Source of the DNA: Corallococcus sp. Z5C101001
Lineage (GTDB): Bacteria > Myxococcota > Myxococcia > Myxococcales > Myxococcaceae
DNA: 64,000 bases
Reading direction: 5' to 3'
NCBI RefSeq assembly: GCF_007352635.1
Contig: NZ_VKLU01000005.1
Coordinates: 443,940 to 507,939, forward strand
A model generated the notes under the pieces. The model had not been told where the DNA came from and made no database searches. It saw only the letters and a program-made list of their open reading frames with translations. This document shows positions 19,701-28,480 of this stretch, in pieces (within the stretch, counting starts at the first letter, position 1; the number at the start of each line of letters is the position of its first letter). The translations under genes were made by a program, and so were the position numbers.

Positions 19701-22214
19701 CTAGTGGACCTCCGGAGGGGGCGCCCCCAGCTTCTCCAGCAGCTTCTCCACCGGGTCGCTGTCCTGGCTGACGTCCGCCATGGCGGCCCGGTATTCGATG
19801 GAGGTCACCTTCTCCACGTCCGGCATCAGGCGGTTGATGACCGTGCGCGCGGCGTCCGCGTTGCACTCGGGCAGCACCACCGCGAAGACGCCCTGCCCCA
19901 GGTGGGCGATGGCGTCCGGGTGGCGAACCCGCTTGCGCATCACGTCCCCCATGTTGGGGGGCATCACGTCCAGCTCCCGGTCCGGGCGGAGCACCGCCAG
20001 CGTGAGCGCGCGGTGGTAGCGCCGGCTGCGGGCCACCTCCTGCTCCAGCCTCAGGAGCAGGCCGCGGCGGTCGTGCAGCCCCGTCGCGGGATCGCTGCCG
20101 GTGCGCCTCTGGAGCGCGGACGACTTGTCCTGCTGGTCCTTCTCCCCCTGGCGCAGCTTGAGGGCGCGCTCGGTGCGGTTGAGCAGCTCCACCGCGTTGA
20201 AGGGCTTGGCCATGTAGTCCACCGCGCCCAGGTTGAGGGCGCGGACCTTGTCGGCGACGCCCTGGTGGGCGGACAGGAGGATGACGGGGATGTGCGCCGT
20301 GTCCGACGAGGACTTGAGCGCCATGGCCGCGTCCAGGCCGTCCAGCTTGGGCAGGAACACGTCCATCACGACCAGGTCCGGACGCGACGCGCGCGCCTTC
20401 GCCAGGCCCTCCGCGCCGTCGCGCGCCACCTCCACGCGGTACTTCGAGCGCAGCACTTCCGACAGGACCGCGGCGATCTCCGGCTCGTCCTCCACCACCA
20501 GCACGCGCGGCTGCTCGGGCGCGGCGCCCGGCACGGGCTGCGGCCGGGGGTTGCGCGCGGCCTCCTGCGCCAGGGGCAGCGTGAAGACGAAGGTGCAGCC
20601 GCCGTCGGCCGGGCTCTCCGCCCAGATTTCACCGCCGTGCAGCTCCACGAACTCCTTGCAGATGGCCAGCCCCAGCCCCGTGCCCTTGGGCCCGTGCCGG
20701 TAGCGGTCGAACACCAGGTGCAGCTCGTCCGGGGGGATGCCCACCCCGTTGTCGCTCACCATCACCCGCACCGCGTCGCCGTCCGGCCGAGACAGCCGCT
20801 GCGTGCGCACCACCACCTCGCCCGGTTCGCTGGCGTGCTGGATGGCGTTGCTGATGAGGTTCTGCAGCACCTCGTGCAGCTTCACCTCGTCGCCAATCAG
20901 CATCAGGCTGTCGGGGCACTCGGAGCGCAGCGCCACGGCCTTCTCCGCGGCCAGGATCTCCAGCTCCGCCACGGCGTCGCGGCACAGCTGCGCCACGTCC
21001 AGCACGCGGGGCTCGATGGACAGCCGCGCCGCCTCGCCCTTGCCCTTCTCCAGCAGGGACTCGACCAGGGTGAGGATCTTCCGGCCCTGGCGGATCATCG
21101 CCTCCGCGGACTGCTTCTGCTGGACCTCCAGCGGCCCTTCCAGCAAGAGCCGGCCGTGGCCCAGGAGCACCTGGAGGGGCGCGCGCAGGTCGTGGCTGCA
21201 CACCGCGATGATCTCATCCTTGAGGCGGTTGAGCTCCTTCAGCCGGCGGTTCGCGTCGTTGAGCTCGCGGTAGCGCTCCACGTACGCCAGCTCCAGGTCC
21301 TCGCGCTTCTTCTTCACCGCCGTGTGCAGGCGCGCGTTGCGGATGGAGTTGGCGAGCACGCCCGCCACCGCCTCCGCGAACTCCTGCTCGTCGCGCCCGA
21401 TGGACGCCTCGCCCTTGGACACGCGCAGGAAGAGCGCGCCCAGCAGGTCGTCCTGGCAGATGAGCGGCTGGACCAGGATGGACTTCACGCCCTGCGGCAG
21501 CAGCGACGTGCGCACCTCCGCCATCAGCGGATCGCGCTGCGCCTCTTCAATCAAGACGGGCTGGCGCGTCTCCAGCGCGCGGCGCAGCTCCGGGTAGCGC
21601 GCCACCTCGATGTCCAGTTGGACGAGGCTGGGGTCCTCCTGCGTCGCCACCACCGCGGCCGTGCGCGCGTGGCTGCCCTCCACCAGCACCACCGAGCAGC
21701 GATCCGTCCCGGTGACCTGCCCCACCTTCTCCACCGCGATGCGGAGGATCTCCTCCAGCTCCAGGGAGCTGGTCGCCGCCTGGGTGATCTCCAGCAGCAT
21801 CCCCATGCGCAGGCGGATCCGCTCCTCGCGCTCCTTGAGCCGCCAGGCGCGCAGCGCGGACTCCAACCGGGGCACCAGCTCATCCGCGCCGCGCACGAAG
21901 TCGTCCACCGCCAGCCGCTTGAACGCCTCCGCCGAACGCGCGCGGCCCTGGTCCACCAGCACCGGCAGCCGGTTCAGCTTGTCCACCTTGCGCACCGTCT
22001 CCAGCAGCTCGGCCGCGCGCTTGGCCGTCACCGACAGGAGCACCACCTCCGGCTGGAGCTGATCCACCATCTCCGCCAGACCCGTCTCCCGCTCGGTGGA
22101 GGCGCACTGATAGCCGCTCGCGGTGAGGCGCTCCACGAGCGCGTCACCCGCGGCCTTCGCCGCCAGCACCAGCACCCGTCCCCGCTGTTCAGACGACAAC
22201 ATCTCGATCCTCAC
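19701..22214 (-). CDS. sgmT: Hybrid sensor histidine kinase: pseudo-receiver, GAF, HisKA/HATPase, receiver, degenerate GGDEF domain (SgmT-like c-di-GMP receptor kinase)
   Basis: N-terminal receiver lacking the phospho-Asp (VVLLSV). GAF domain. H-box HDLRAPLQV and HATPase N/G boxes. Receiver with VVMDVFLP. C-terminal GGDEF fold with degenerate active site (LGQGVF instead of GG[DE]EF). Confidence 0.8.
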   Translation of the reverse strand: MRIEMLSSEQRGRVLVLAAKAAGDALVERLTASGYQCASTERETGLAEMVDQLQPEVVLLSVTAKRAAELLETVRKVDKLNRLPVLVDQGRARSAEAFKRLAVDDFVRGADELVPRLESALRAWRLKEREERIRLRMGMLLEITQAATSSLELEEILRIAVEKVGQVTGTDRCSVVLVEGSHARTAAVVATQEDPSLVQLDIEVARYPELRRALETRQPVLIEEAQRDPLMAEVRTSLLPQGVKSILVQPLICQDDLLGALFLRVSKGEASIGRDEQEFAEAVAGVLANSIRNARLHTAVKKKREDLELAYVERYRELNDANRRLKELNRLKDEIIAVCSHDLRAPLQVLLGHGRLLLEGPLEVQQKQSAEAMIRQGRKILTLVESLLEKGKGEAARLSIEPRVLDVAQLCRDAVAELEILAAEKAVALRSECPDSLMLIGDEVKLHEVLQNLISNAIQHASEPGEVVVRTQRLSRPDGDAVRVMVSDNGVGIPPDELHLVFDRYRHGPKGTGLGLAICKEFVELHGGEIWAESPADGGCTFVFTLPLAQEAARNPRPQPVPGAAPEQPRVLVVEDEPEIAAVLSEVLRSKYRVEVARDGAEGLAKARASRPDLVVMDVFLPKLDGLDAAMALKSSSDTAHIPVILLSAHQGVADKVRALNLGAVDYMAKPFNAVELLNRTERALKLRQGEKDQQDKSSALQRRTGSDPATGLHDRRGLLLRLEQEVARSRRYHRALTLAVLRPDRELDVMPPNMGDVMRKRVRHPDAIAHLGQGVFAVVLPECNADAARTVINRLMPDVEKVTSIEYRAAMADVSQDSDPVEKLLEKLGAPPPEVH

Positions 22215-22718
22215 GGCGCGCCTCCGCCCCGCCCAGACAGGGAACGACGTCGCGGAAGCCCGTTGGGTGCGTAAGGGGTCATGGTCGATTCTGGATCATG
22301 CCGTCTAACCCGTCCGTGAGCCAGCGGATGAACGGGGCTCTCCGAGAGAGAGGGGTGAGAGAAGGGGCGCGACGTATACCCCGGCCCGACGTCCGCGCCG
22401 CGGAATCCCGCTCGCGATGACGGGCCGGTGACCGGGGAGCACCCGCGGTCTCCTCCCTCGGGAGGATGGGAAAAAGCCGCCGGAACGCCACGGCTGTGAC
22501 TTTCTTCCCCCACCGCGTCCCTGCGCCTGCCTGGAGGGCCGGTCGGCAGGCAGGAGGGACCCGGGGTGGGTGCGGTTCACCGGGGCCCTGGAAGCCCTCT
22601 CCGACGGGGTCTCCAGGCCGCTTCGCGATCAGGAATGGGGGGTGGAGGCGAGGGTGGCCCCGGACGGAAAGGCCGGGCCCCGCCCGCTTCCCAGGGGAGC
22701 GCGGTAGAGTGTGGAACC

Positions 22719-24278
22719 ATGCACTCCGTTCCTTCGCGCCCGTCCGCGCCCCGGGCCCTCCTGGCCATGCTCACCTTCTGCGCTTCCGTGCTCGCCGCCT
22801 GTGGGGACCCGAAGCCGCCGCCCGTGCCGGACCCTCCGGTGGTGTCCCTCAACGTCCCGCAGCCCAACTCGGCGACGCCCACGTTGACGGTGCGGGTCAT
22901 CGTGTCCGGCTGTGACGCGGTCGCCCGCGTGGACATCTACGACCAGGACACGTTCCTCAAGACGGTCCCGTACACGAGCGGGTCCATGGACTTCGAGCTC
23001 GCCGCGAACGAGATCAAGTACACCCGGGGCCTCGCGGTCAGCCTGTCGCTCAACGCGCGGGCGACGTGCGCGGACGGCCGGACGAACGTGTCCCAGCCCG
23101 CGTCGGCGACGTTCCTGCCGGTGACCAAGGTGGTGAAGGACCCGGACCCCAACGGCCAGGTGGTGACGGACTTCTTCATCACCGAGGGCACCGGCGCGAA
23201 CATCTCCTTCATCGGCTGCGGCAACCCCACCACTGGCAGCGGCACGCTCTTCCGCGTGGACGCCGCGGGGGTCCTGCGCAACTCGGTGGAGATGGGCATC
23301 CCGTGCAGCGCGGCCACGGTCATCACCCCCATCAACCCGAGCAGCGGCAAGCGGTGGGTGTGGACGCCCGGCGCTGGCGCGGTGGCGGTGGACGCCAACT
23401 TCACCATCACCGGCCGCACCTCGCCGACCTACTTCCTGGTCAGCCTGTCGGTGATGAGCAACGGCGACGCGCTGGTGCGCGACCGGTACACGGTCTCCCG
23501 CCTCAAGCACACCAACGCGGGCGGCACCTTCCAGTGGACGTACAAGGGCGCCGTGCTGGGGCCCATCGCCCCGCCGCAGGAGAAGGGCCAGCAGGTGCTG
23601 GTGCCCTACGTGGCGCAGCTGGAGTTCTCCCAGGTGCCCCAGGTCATCGTGGCCTACCTGGACGCGAACGGCACCAGCCAGGAGCTGCAGCCGGTGCAGG
23701 AGCGGAAGATCTACGCCTACAACGGCCAGCTGGATGCGCCGCCCGTCACCACGTTCAGCGCCGACGGGTCGACCATCTACTTCGCGTTCCTCTTCGGCAA
23801 CAACCAGTCGCGCGTCCAGGCCTGCTCCACGGACCTGGAGGGCTGCGAGGGCGCCGCGTTCAAGTGGGCGAGCCCCACGCTCCCCGTGCCCATCAACTTC
23901 CTCCTGCCCTACTCGGCGGGCTCGCGGATCGCGGCCATTGGCACGCAGCGGGTGTGGTTCCTCGACGCGACGAACGGCATCGTCACCAACAAGGGCGGCA
24001 CCTCCGTGGACGCGTCCGGCAAGCTGCGCATCGTCCAGGTGCAGCTGGGCCAGCCGACCAGCCCGGAGTTCTACCTGCTGAACGCCCCGGACGTGGCGGG
24101 CGTCCTGCCGCAGGAGATCGTCGCGGTGGACGCCTCCGAGAAGGGCGAGCTGTTCCGCTACGAGGTCTCCAGCAGCCTGTCCTGCTCCGTGGATGACACC
24201 GGGCGGCTGTGGATGCGCGTGGGCAAGAACCTGGTCCAGGCGCTGCCGCTGAGCGAGTACCGCGCGGTCCGCAAGTAG
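22719..24278 (+). CDS. Lipoprotein of unknown function (beta-rich, secreted)
   Basis: Start at MHSVPSRPSAPRALLAMLTFCASVLAACGD (lipobox LAAC). 519 aa, Thr/Gly/Val/Asn-rich, no catalytic motif recognised. Preceded by a ~500-nt divergent intergenic region. Confidence 0.6.
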   Translation: MHSVPSRPSAPRALLAMLTFCASVLAACGDPKPPPVPDPPVVSLNVPQPNSATPTLTVRVIVSGCDAVARVDIYDQDTFLKTVPYTSGSMDFELAANEIKYTRGLAVSLSLNARATCADGRTNVSQPASATFLPVTKVVKDPDPNGQVVTDFFITEGTGANISFIGCGNPTTGSGTLFRVDAAGVLRNSVEMGIPCSAATVITPINPSSGKRWVWTPGAGAVAVDANFTITGRTSPTYFLVSLSVMSNGDALVRDRYTVSRLKHTNAGGTFQWTYKGAVLGPIAPPQEKGQQVLVPYVAQLEFSQVPQVIVAYLDANGTSQELQPVQERKIYAYNGQLDAPPVTTFSADGSTIYFAFLFGNNQSRVQACSTDLEGCEGAAFKWASPTLPVPINFLLPYSAGSRIAAIGTQRVWFLDATNGIVTNKGGTSVDASGKLRIVQVQLGQPTSPEFYLLNAPDVAGVLPQEIVAVDASEKGELFRYEVSSSLSCSVDDTGRLWMRVGKNLVQALPLSEYRAVRK

Positions 24279-24296
24279 CGGCCCGCGGCGAGAGCG

Positions 24297-25037
24297 TCAG
24301 GGCCTGTCGGCGACGAGGAGCGCTTCCACGTTGCCGGCGGGCCCGGGCACGGGCGAGTCCATCACCCCGCGCACGGAGAGCCCCTGCTCGCGCACGAACG
24401 CCGTCACCGTATCGATGGCGTCCTGCCGAGCCGCCGGGTCGCGCACCACGCCGCCCTTGCCCACCCGCTCCGGCCCCACCTCGAACTGGGGCTTCACCAG
24501 CGCCACCAGCAGGCCGCCCGGCGACAGGAACGTCAGCACCGACGGCAGCACCTGGGTGAGCGAGATGAAGCTCACGTCGATGACGACCACGCCCACCTTC
24601 TCCGGCAGGTCCTCCTCCGTGAGGTAGCGCGCGTTGACCCGCTCGCGCGAGCGCACGCGCGGGTCGGTGCGGAGCTTCTCGTGGAGCTGGCCGTAGCCCA
24701 CGTCGATGGCGTGCACCCGCACCGCGCCGTGCTGGAGCAGGCAGTCCGTGAAGCCCCCCGTGCTGGCGCCGATGTCCGCGCCCACCCGGCCCGCCACGTC
24801 CAGGCCGAAGCGGTCCATCGCCGCCTTGAGCTTGAGGCCTCCGCGCGAGACGTACGGCAGCACCTCGCCCTTGAGGCGCAGCTCCGCCTCCACCGGCACC
24901 AGCGCGCCGGGCTTGTCCACGCGCTGATCCGCCACCACCACCTGGCCCGCGAGGATGAGCGCCTGGGCCTTGGTGCGCGACTCGGCGAGCCCGCGCTCCA
25001 CCACCAGCACATCCACCCGCTCCTTCTTCGGCTTCAC
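24297..25037 (-). CDS. tlyA: TlyA-family rRNA 2'-O-methyltransferase (hemolysin A-like)
   Basis: S4-like RNA-binding N-terminus (RVDVLVVERGLAESRTKAQALILAGQV). FtsJ-like MTase motif DIGASTGGFTDCLLQHGA. GTG start overlaps the dxs stop (GTGA). Confidence 0.8.
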   Translation of the reverse strand: MKPKKERVDVLVVERGLAESRTKAQALILAGQVVVADQRVDKPGALVPVEAELRLKGEVLPYVSRGGLKLKAAMDRFGLDVAGRVGADIGASTGGFTDCLLQHGAVRVHAIDVGYGQLHEKLRTDPRVRSRERVNARYLTEEDLPEKVGVVVIDVSFISLTQVLPSVLTFLSPGGLLVALVKPQFEVGPERVGKGGVVRDPAARQDAIDTVTAFVREQGLSVRGVMDSPVPGPAGNVEALLVADRP

Positions 25038-26785
25038 GGGGCCTCCTCTCCCAGCAGCACCCGGCCCGCGTGTCGCAGGCCCGCCGCGTCCAGTCCCAGC
25101 TGCGCCCGCTGCACGCGCGCGTCTCCGTGTGGAAGGAACACGTCCGGCATGCCCAGGAGCTTCACCCGGGGGGCCACGCCCGCCGCCGCGTACAGCTCCA
25201 GCAGCGCGCTGCCCAACCCGCCCCGGGTGGTGCCCTCCTCCGCCACCACCACGTGCCCGCCCGCCGCGGCCTCCAGCAGCGCGGCCTCGTCCAGGGGCCA
25301 CGCCTGGCGCGCGTCGAGCACGCTCCAGTCCGGCTCGCTCCGCGCGGCCTCCAGCGCGGACAGGCCCAGCGGGCCCAGCGTCACCAGCGTCAGGCGGGAC
25401 GCGGCCGGGCGCTTCAGCCAGCGGGCCCCCGACACCGGGGCCTCGCCCGGCGACAGCTCCGGGGGAGCCTCCGGCAACGTGCCCCGAGGGAAGCGCAGCA
25501 CCGACGGCCCGGGAGCCTGGAGCGCCGTGGCGAGCAGCGGCGCCAGGTCCTCGCCCACCACTGGCGCCCACTGCGTGAGGCCCGGAAGTGGCCGGAGGAA
25601 GGACACGTCGTAGGCGCCCTGGTGCGTGGCGCCGTCCGCGCCCACGAGCCCCGCGCGATCCACCGCGAAGACGACGGGCAACCCCGGCAGGCACACGTCG
25701 TGGACCACCTGGTCATACGCGCGCTGGAGGAACGTGGAGTAGATGACACAGACCGGCTTCGCCCCCGCCGCGGCCAGCCCCGCGCAGAAGGTGACGGCGT
25801 GCTGCTCCGCGATGCCGACGTCGTGCACGCGGTCCGGGAAGCGCGCCTTGAGGCCGGTGAGCGCGCTGCCCTCCAGCATCGCGGGCGTCACCGCCACCAC
25901 GCGCGGATCTTTCTCCAGGGCCTCGCCCAGCACCTGGGCGAAGGCCTCGCTGAACGTGGGCCGGCCTCCGCGAGAGCGCACGAGCTTGCCGTCGCGCCAC
26001 TCGTACGGCCCCATCGCGTGGCCGCGCGTCACCTCGTCCGCTTCCGCGGGAGGAAAGCCGCGGCCCTTCTTCGTCAGCGCGTGCACCACCACCGGGCGCG
26101 AGGAGGCCTTCGCCTCGCGCAGCGCGCGCGTGAGGGCGCCCAGGTCGTGCCCGTCCACCGGGCCCAGGTAGGTGAAGCCCAGCGACTCGAAGAAGGCCCG
26201 GGCGTTGCGCGTGCGGAGCAGCGCGGGGATGGCGCCCACGTTCGCGCTGATGGACATCTGGTTGTCGTTGACCACGACGACCAGCGGCAGGGGACTTCCA
26301 CCCGCGTTGTTGAGACCCTCGAAGCTCAGACCGCCGGTGAGCGCGCCGTCGCCCACCACCGCCACCACGTGGCCCGAGTGCCCCAGCTGCCGCCGGCCAG
26401 AGAGCAGGCCCAGCGCCGCGGAGATGGCCGTGCAGGCATGGCCCGCGGCCAGCGCGTCATGGGGGCTCTCGCGCGGGTCCAGGAACGGCGCGATGCCTCC
26501 CGCCTGCCGGAGCGTGTGCATGCGCTCCTGCCGGCCGGTGAGCAGCTTGTGCGCGTACGCCTGGTGCCCCACGTCGAAGAAGAGCGCGTCCTGGGGCGTG
26601 TGGAAGACGCGGTGCAGGGCCACCACCAGCTCCACCGCGCCCAGCGACGCGCCCAGGTGTCCGCCCACGCGGCCACACAGGGTGATGATGGCTTCGCGCA
26701 GGGCGTCGCACAGGCCGGGCAGCGCGTCCTCGGGGAGCGCGCGCACATCCGCGGGAGAGGCCACTCCGGACAGCACGTCCGCCAT
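25034..26785 (-). CDS. dxs: 1-deoxy-D-xylulose-5-phosphate synthase
   Basis: ThDP motif region GHLGASLGAVELVVALH...DVGHQAYAHKLLTGR. Transketolase-like pyrimidine and C-terminal domains. Start codon shares one nt with the ispA stop. Confidence 0.9.
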   Translation of the reverse strand: MADVLSGVASPADVRALPEDALPGLCDALREAIITLCGRVGGHLGASLGAVELVVALHRVFHTPQDALFFDVGHQAYAHKLLTGRQERMHTLRQAGGIAPFLDPRESPHDALAAGHACTAISAALGLLSGRRQLGHSGHVVAVVGDGALTGGLSFEGLNNAGGSPLPLVVVVNDNQMSISANVGAIPALLRTRNARAFFESLGFTYLGPVDGHDLGALTRALREAKASSRPVVVHALTKKGRGFPPAEADEVTRGHAMGPYEWRDGKLVRSRGGRPTFSEAFAQVLGEALEKDPRVVAVTPAMLEGSALTGLKARFPDRVHDVGIAEQHAVTFCAGLAAAGAKPVCVIYSTFLQRAYDQVVHDVCLPGLPVVFAVDRAGLVGADGATHQGAYDVSFLRPLPGLTQWAPVVGEDLAPLLATALQAPGPSVLRFPRGTLPEAPPELSPGEAPVSGARWLKRPAASRLTLVTLGPLGLSALEAARSEPDWSVLDARQAWPLDEAALLEAAAGGHVVVAEEGTTRGGLGSALLELYAAAGVAPRVKLLGMPDVFLPHGDARVQRAQLGLDAAGLRHAGRVLLGEEAP

Positions 26786-27678
26786 CAGGACTTCCGCTCC
26801 ACCGAGTAGCGCGCCAGCGCCGCCAGCGGTCCGTCCGCGCCCTCCAGGGGCAGGACCGCGGCCTGGGCCCGGGCCACCAGCTCATCCGCCATGCGCCGCG
26901 ACGCCTCCAGCCCCATCACCGCCGGGAAGGTGAAGCGCCCGGCTTCCGCGTCCGCGCCCACGGGCTTGCCCATCGCCTCCGCGCTCGACGTCACGTCCAG
27001 CACGTCGTCGGCGATCTGGAAGGCCAGGCCCACCGCGTCGCCGTAGGACTCCGCGCTCGCCAGCGCCGCCGCGTCGCCGCCGGCCGCCACCACGCCCATC
27101 CGGCACGCCGCGCGGATGAGCGCGCCCGTCTTCAGCCGGTGCAGCCGCAGCAGGTAGTCCAGCGTCGCGGCCCGGTCCTTCGCGATGTCTAGCACCTGGC
27201 CGCCCACCATCCCGAATGCGCCCGCCGCGCGCGCCAGCTCCCCGCACAGCGCGCCACGCACCGGCTCCGGTCCGGACGCCAGGAGCCCGAAGGCCTCCGT
27301 GAGCAGCCCATCCCCGGCCAGCAGGGCCAGCGGCTCGCCGTAGACCTTGTGGTTCGTGGGCTGGCCCCGGCGCAGGTCGTCGTTGTCCAGGCAGGGCAGG
27401 TCGTCGTGCACCAGCGAATACGTGTGCACGTACTCCAGCGAGCACGCGGCATCCAGGACCACCGCGCTGACGGTGCTGGCCTTCGCCACCGCGTCCGCGA
27501 AGCCCAGGCACAGCATGGGCCGCAGCCGCTTGCCCCCCGCCAGCAGCGAGTAGCGCATGGACTCCAGCAGGGCGGGCGGCGTCCCCGCGGGGGCGAGCCG
27601 ATCCGCGCGCTCGCGCAACAGCGCTTCCACCCGTTCCTGGTGCGAACGCATGAAGGGTTCCAGGTTGAAAGCGGCCAT
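26785..27678 (-). CDS. ispA: (2E,6E)-farnesyl diphosphate synthase / polyprenyl synthetase
   Basis: First aspartate-rich motif LVHDDLPCLDNDDLRRG. Second DD motif FQIADDVLD. Start at MAAFNLEPF, 5 nt after the RR stop. Confidence 0.85.
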   Translation of the reverse strand: MAAFNLEPFMRSHQERVEALLRERADRLAPAGTPPALLESMRYSLLAGGKRLRPMLCLGFADAVAKASTVSAVVLDAACSLEYVHTYSLVHDDLPCLDNDDLRRGQPTNHKVYGEPLALLAGDGLLTEAFGLLASGPEPVRGALCGELARAAGAFGMVGGQVLDIAKDRAATLDYLLRLHRLKTGALIRAACRMGVVAAGGDAAALASAESYGDAVGLAFQIADDVLDVTSSAEAMGKPVGADAEAGRFTFPAVMGLEASRRMADELVARAQAAVLPLEGADGPLAALARYSVERKS

Positions 27679-27683
27679 CGGCT

Positions 27684-28073
27684 TCAGGGCTCCTTCGCCA
27701 CGTCGGCGGGGATGAGTTCGCGGATGCGGTGGACCAGCGTGTCCAGCTCCAGCGGCTTCACGAAGTAGTCGGCCGCGCCGACCTCCATGCCGCGCCGCTT
27801 GTCCTCCGGGTCTCCCCGCCCGCTGATGAAGATGATGGGGATGTCCCGGAACTGCTTGTTCTGCTTCACGGCCTGGCACAGCTCGAAGCCGTTGATCCAG
27901 GACATGTTCACGTCCAGCAGGATGGCGTGCGGCCGGTGCAGCTCCAGCGACGCGACGAGGCGCAGGCCGTTGGCCGCGGACGTCACCTCGAACCCCTCGG
28001 CCCCTAGGGCCTCGGCGAGCAGTTCGCGCGTGTCCCGGTCGTCATCGACAATGGTGATCTTCGGTTTCGACAT
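27684..28073 (-). CDS. Single-domain response regulator (CheY-like receiver)
   Basis: 129 aa. TIVDDD, phospho-acceptor ILLDVNMSW, conserved FISGRG and K at VKPL. Confidence 0.85.
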   Translation of the reverse strand: MSKPKITIVDDDRDTRELLAEALGAEGFEVTSAANGLRLVASLELHRPHAILLDVNMSWINGFELCQAVKQNKQFRDIPIIFISGRGDPEDKRRGMEVGAADYFVKPLELDTLVHRIRELIPADVAKEP

Positions 28074-28100
28074 GCCCGGCCTCCGCCCTTCCCCTGATAC

Positions 28101-28439
28101 CTAGAACGGGACATCGTCCTCCGGTGGCGGACGGGCCTGCGCGGCCGTCCGGGGAGCAGCCTGGGGAGCAGGCCGTGCCGCCACCGCCAGCGGCGCGACG
28201 ACCTCCTGGCCGTCCTCGTCCACGAGCAGCTGTTCGATGCGCTGCTCGGCCTCCGTCAGGAGCTTCTCGCCCCGGCGCACGAGGCGGATGCCCTCCTCGA
28301 ATGCCTTGAGCGACTCTTCCAGCGACAGGTCGCCGCTCTCCAGCCGCGCCACCGTCTCTTCCAGGCGCGACACCACGTCCCCGTACTGCTCGGGAGCGGG
28401 TTCCACCTTGGGGTTCTTGTCCGACTTCGCCACGGCCAT
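28101..28439 (-). CDS. xseB: Exodeoxyribonuclease VII small subunit
   Basis: XseB core QYGDVVSRLEETVARLESGDLSLEESLKAFEEGIRLVRRGEKLL. Pro/Ala-rich C-terminal tail. Confidence 0.85.
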   Translation of the reverse strand: MAVAKSDKNPKVEPAPEQYGDVVSRLEETVARLESGDLSLEESLKAFEEGIRLVRRGEKLLTEAEQRIEQLLVDEDGQEVVAPLAVAARPAPQAAPRTAAQARPPPEDDVPF

Positions 28440-28480
28440 CCACCTCCCCGAGCGGGGCGCGGAATGTAGAGGGTGGCCCG

